A stretch of DNA of 63,991 bases, filler included, from Octopus bimaculoides (lineage: Eukaryota): the NCBI RefSeq assembly GCF_001194135.2. It is 8 parts of 8 records of this genome, joined end to end, with 100 filler letters (N's around TTAATTAATTAA, not from the genome) between each part and the next. Parts side by side here need not be neighbours in the genome. Positions count along the whole stretch, not along the records: positions 62,897 to 63,991 come from NW_026324730.1; 7 more parts are not named here. One strand, 5' to 3'. The position numbers and the translations under genes are program-made. Positions 63,951 through 63,991 of this stretch are shown here, one piece after another; position 1 is the first letter of the stretch; the number at the start of each line of letters is the position of its first letter. The notes under the pieces are model-generated. The model searched no databases and was not told the DNA's origin. It saw nothing but the letters and a program-made list of their open reading frames with translations.

Positions 63951-63991
63951 AATAGTATTATCCGTATACATATATATATATATATATATAT

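Overview
AT-rich eukaryotic genomic DNA, dense in microsatellites and assembly gaps. The repeat landscape (tRNA-derived SINEs, RTE and R4 LINEs, mariners, long AT/GT/AAT tracts) suggests a coleoid cephalopod such as Octopus; this is an inference. Seven 100-bp N44-TTAATTAATTAA-N44 spacers mark artificial joins, so contiguity across them is not established. Three spliced genes could be reconstructed by hand. (1) A minus-strand ankyrin-repeat gene (start exon 14646-14729, 20-repeat exon 11464-13635, about 751 aa). Its ORF stops at a frameshift; downstream lie a decayed ankyrin repeat, an intact donor, and a phase-matched exon encoding a pseudogenised Mind-bomb-type coiled-coil/RING finger (9894-10083). 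(2) A signal-peptide plus LRR N-cap exon (4165-4362, minus) from a secreted or membrane LRR protein gene. (3) Five phase-consistent plus-strand exons of a CCDC180-like gene (49556-57920). The rest is transposon debris: a full-length decayed mariner with TIRs, a second mariner, tandem R4/Dong 3' ends, RTE LINEs (one with a PHD finger inside the RT), CR1 and Penelope fragments, a piggyBac-type MITE, a solo-LTR candidate, many SINEs, two tandem ORF1/zinc-knuckle-only units, and two Penelope-type minimal hammerhead motifs, one inside a tRNA-headed SINE. No CRISPR array, rRNA or intact tRNA gene was seen. Most ORF-track entries are microsatellite or N-gap artefacts. All family assignments come from motif recognition; no database searches were run.
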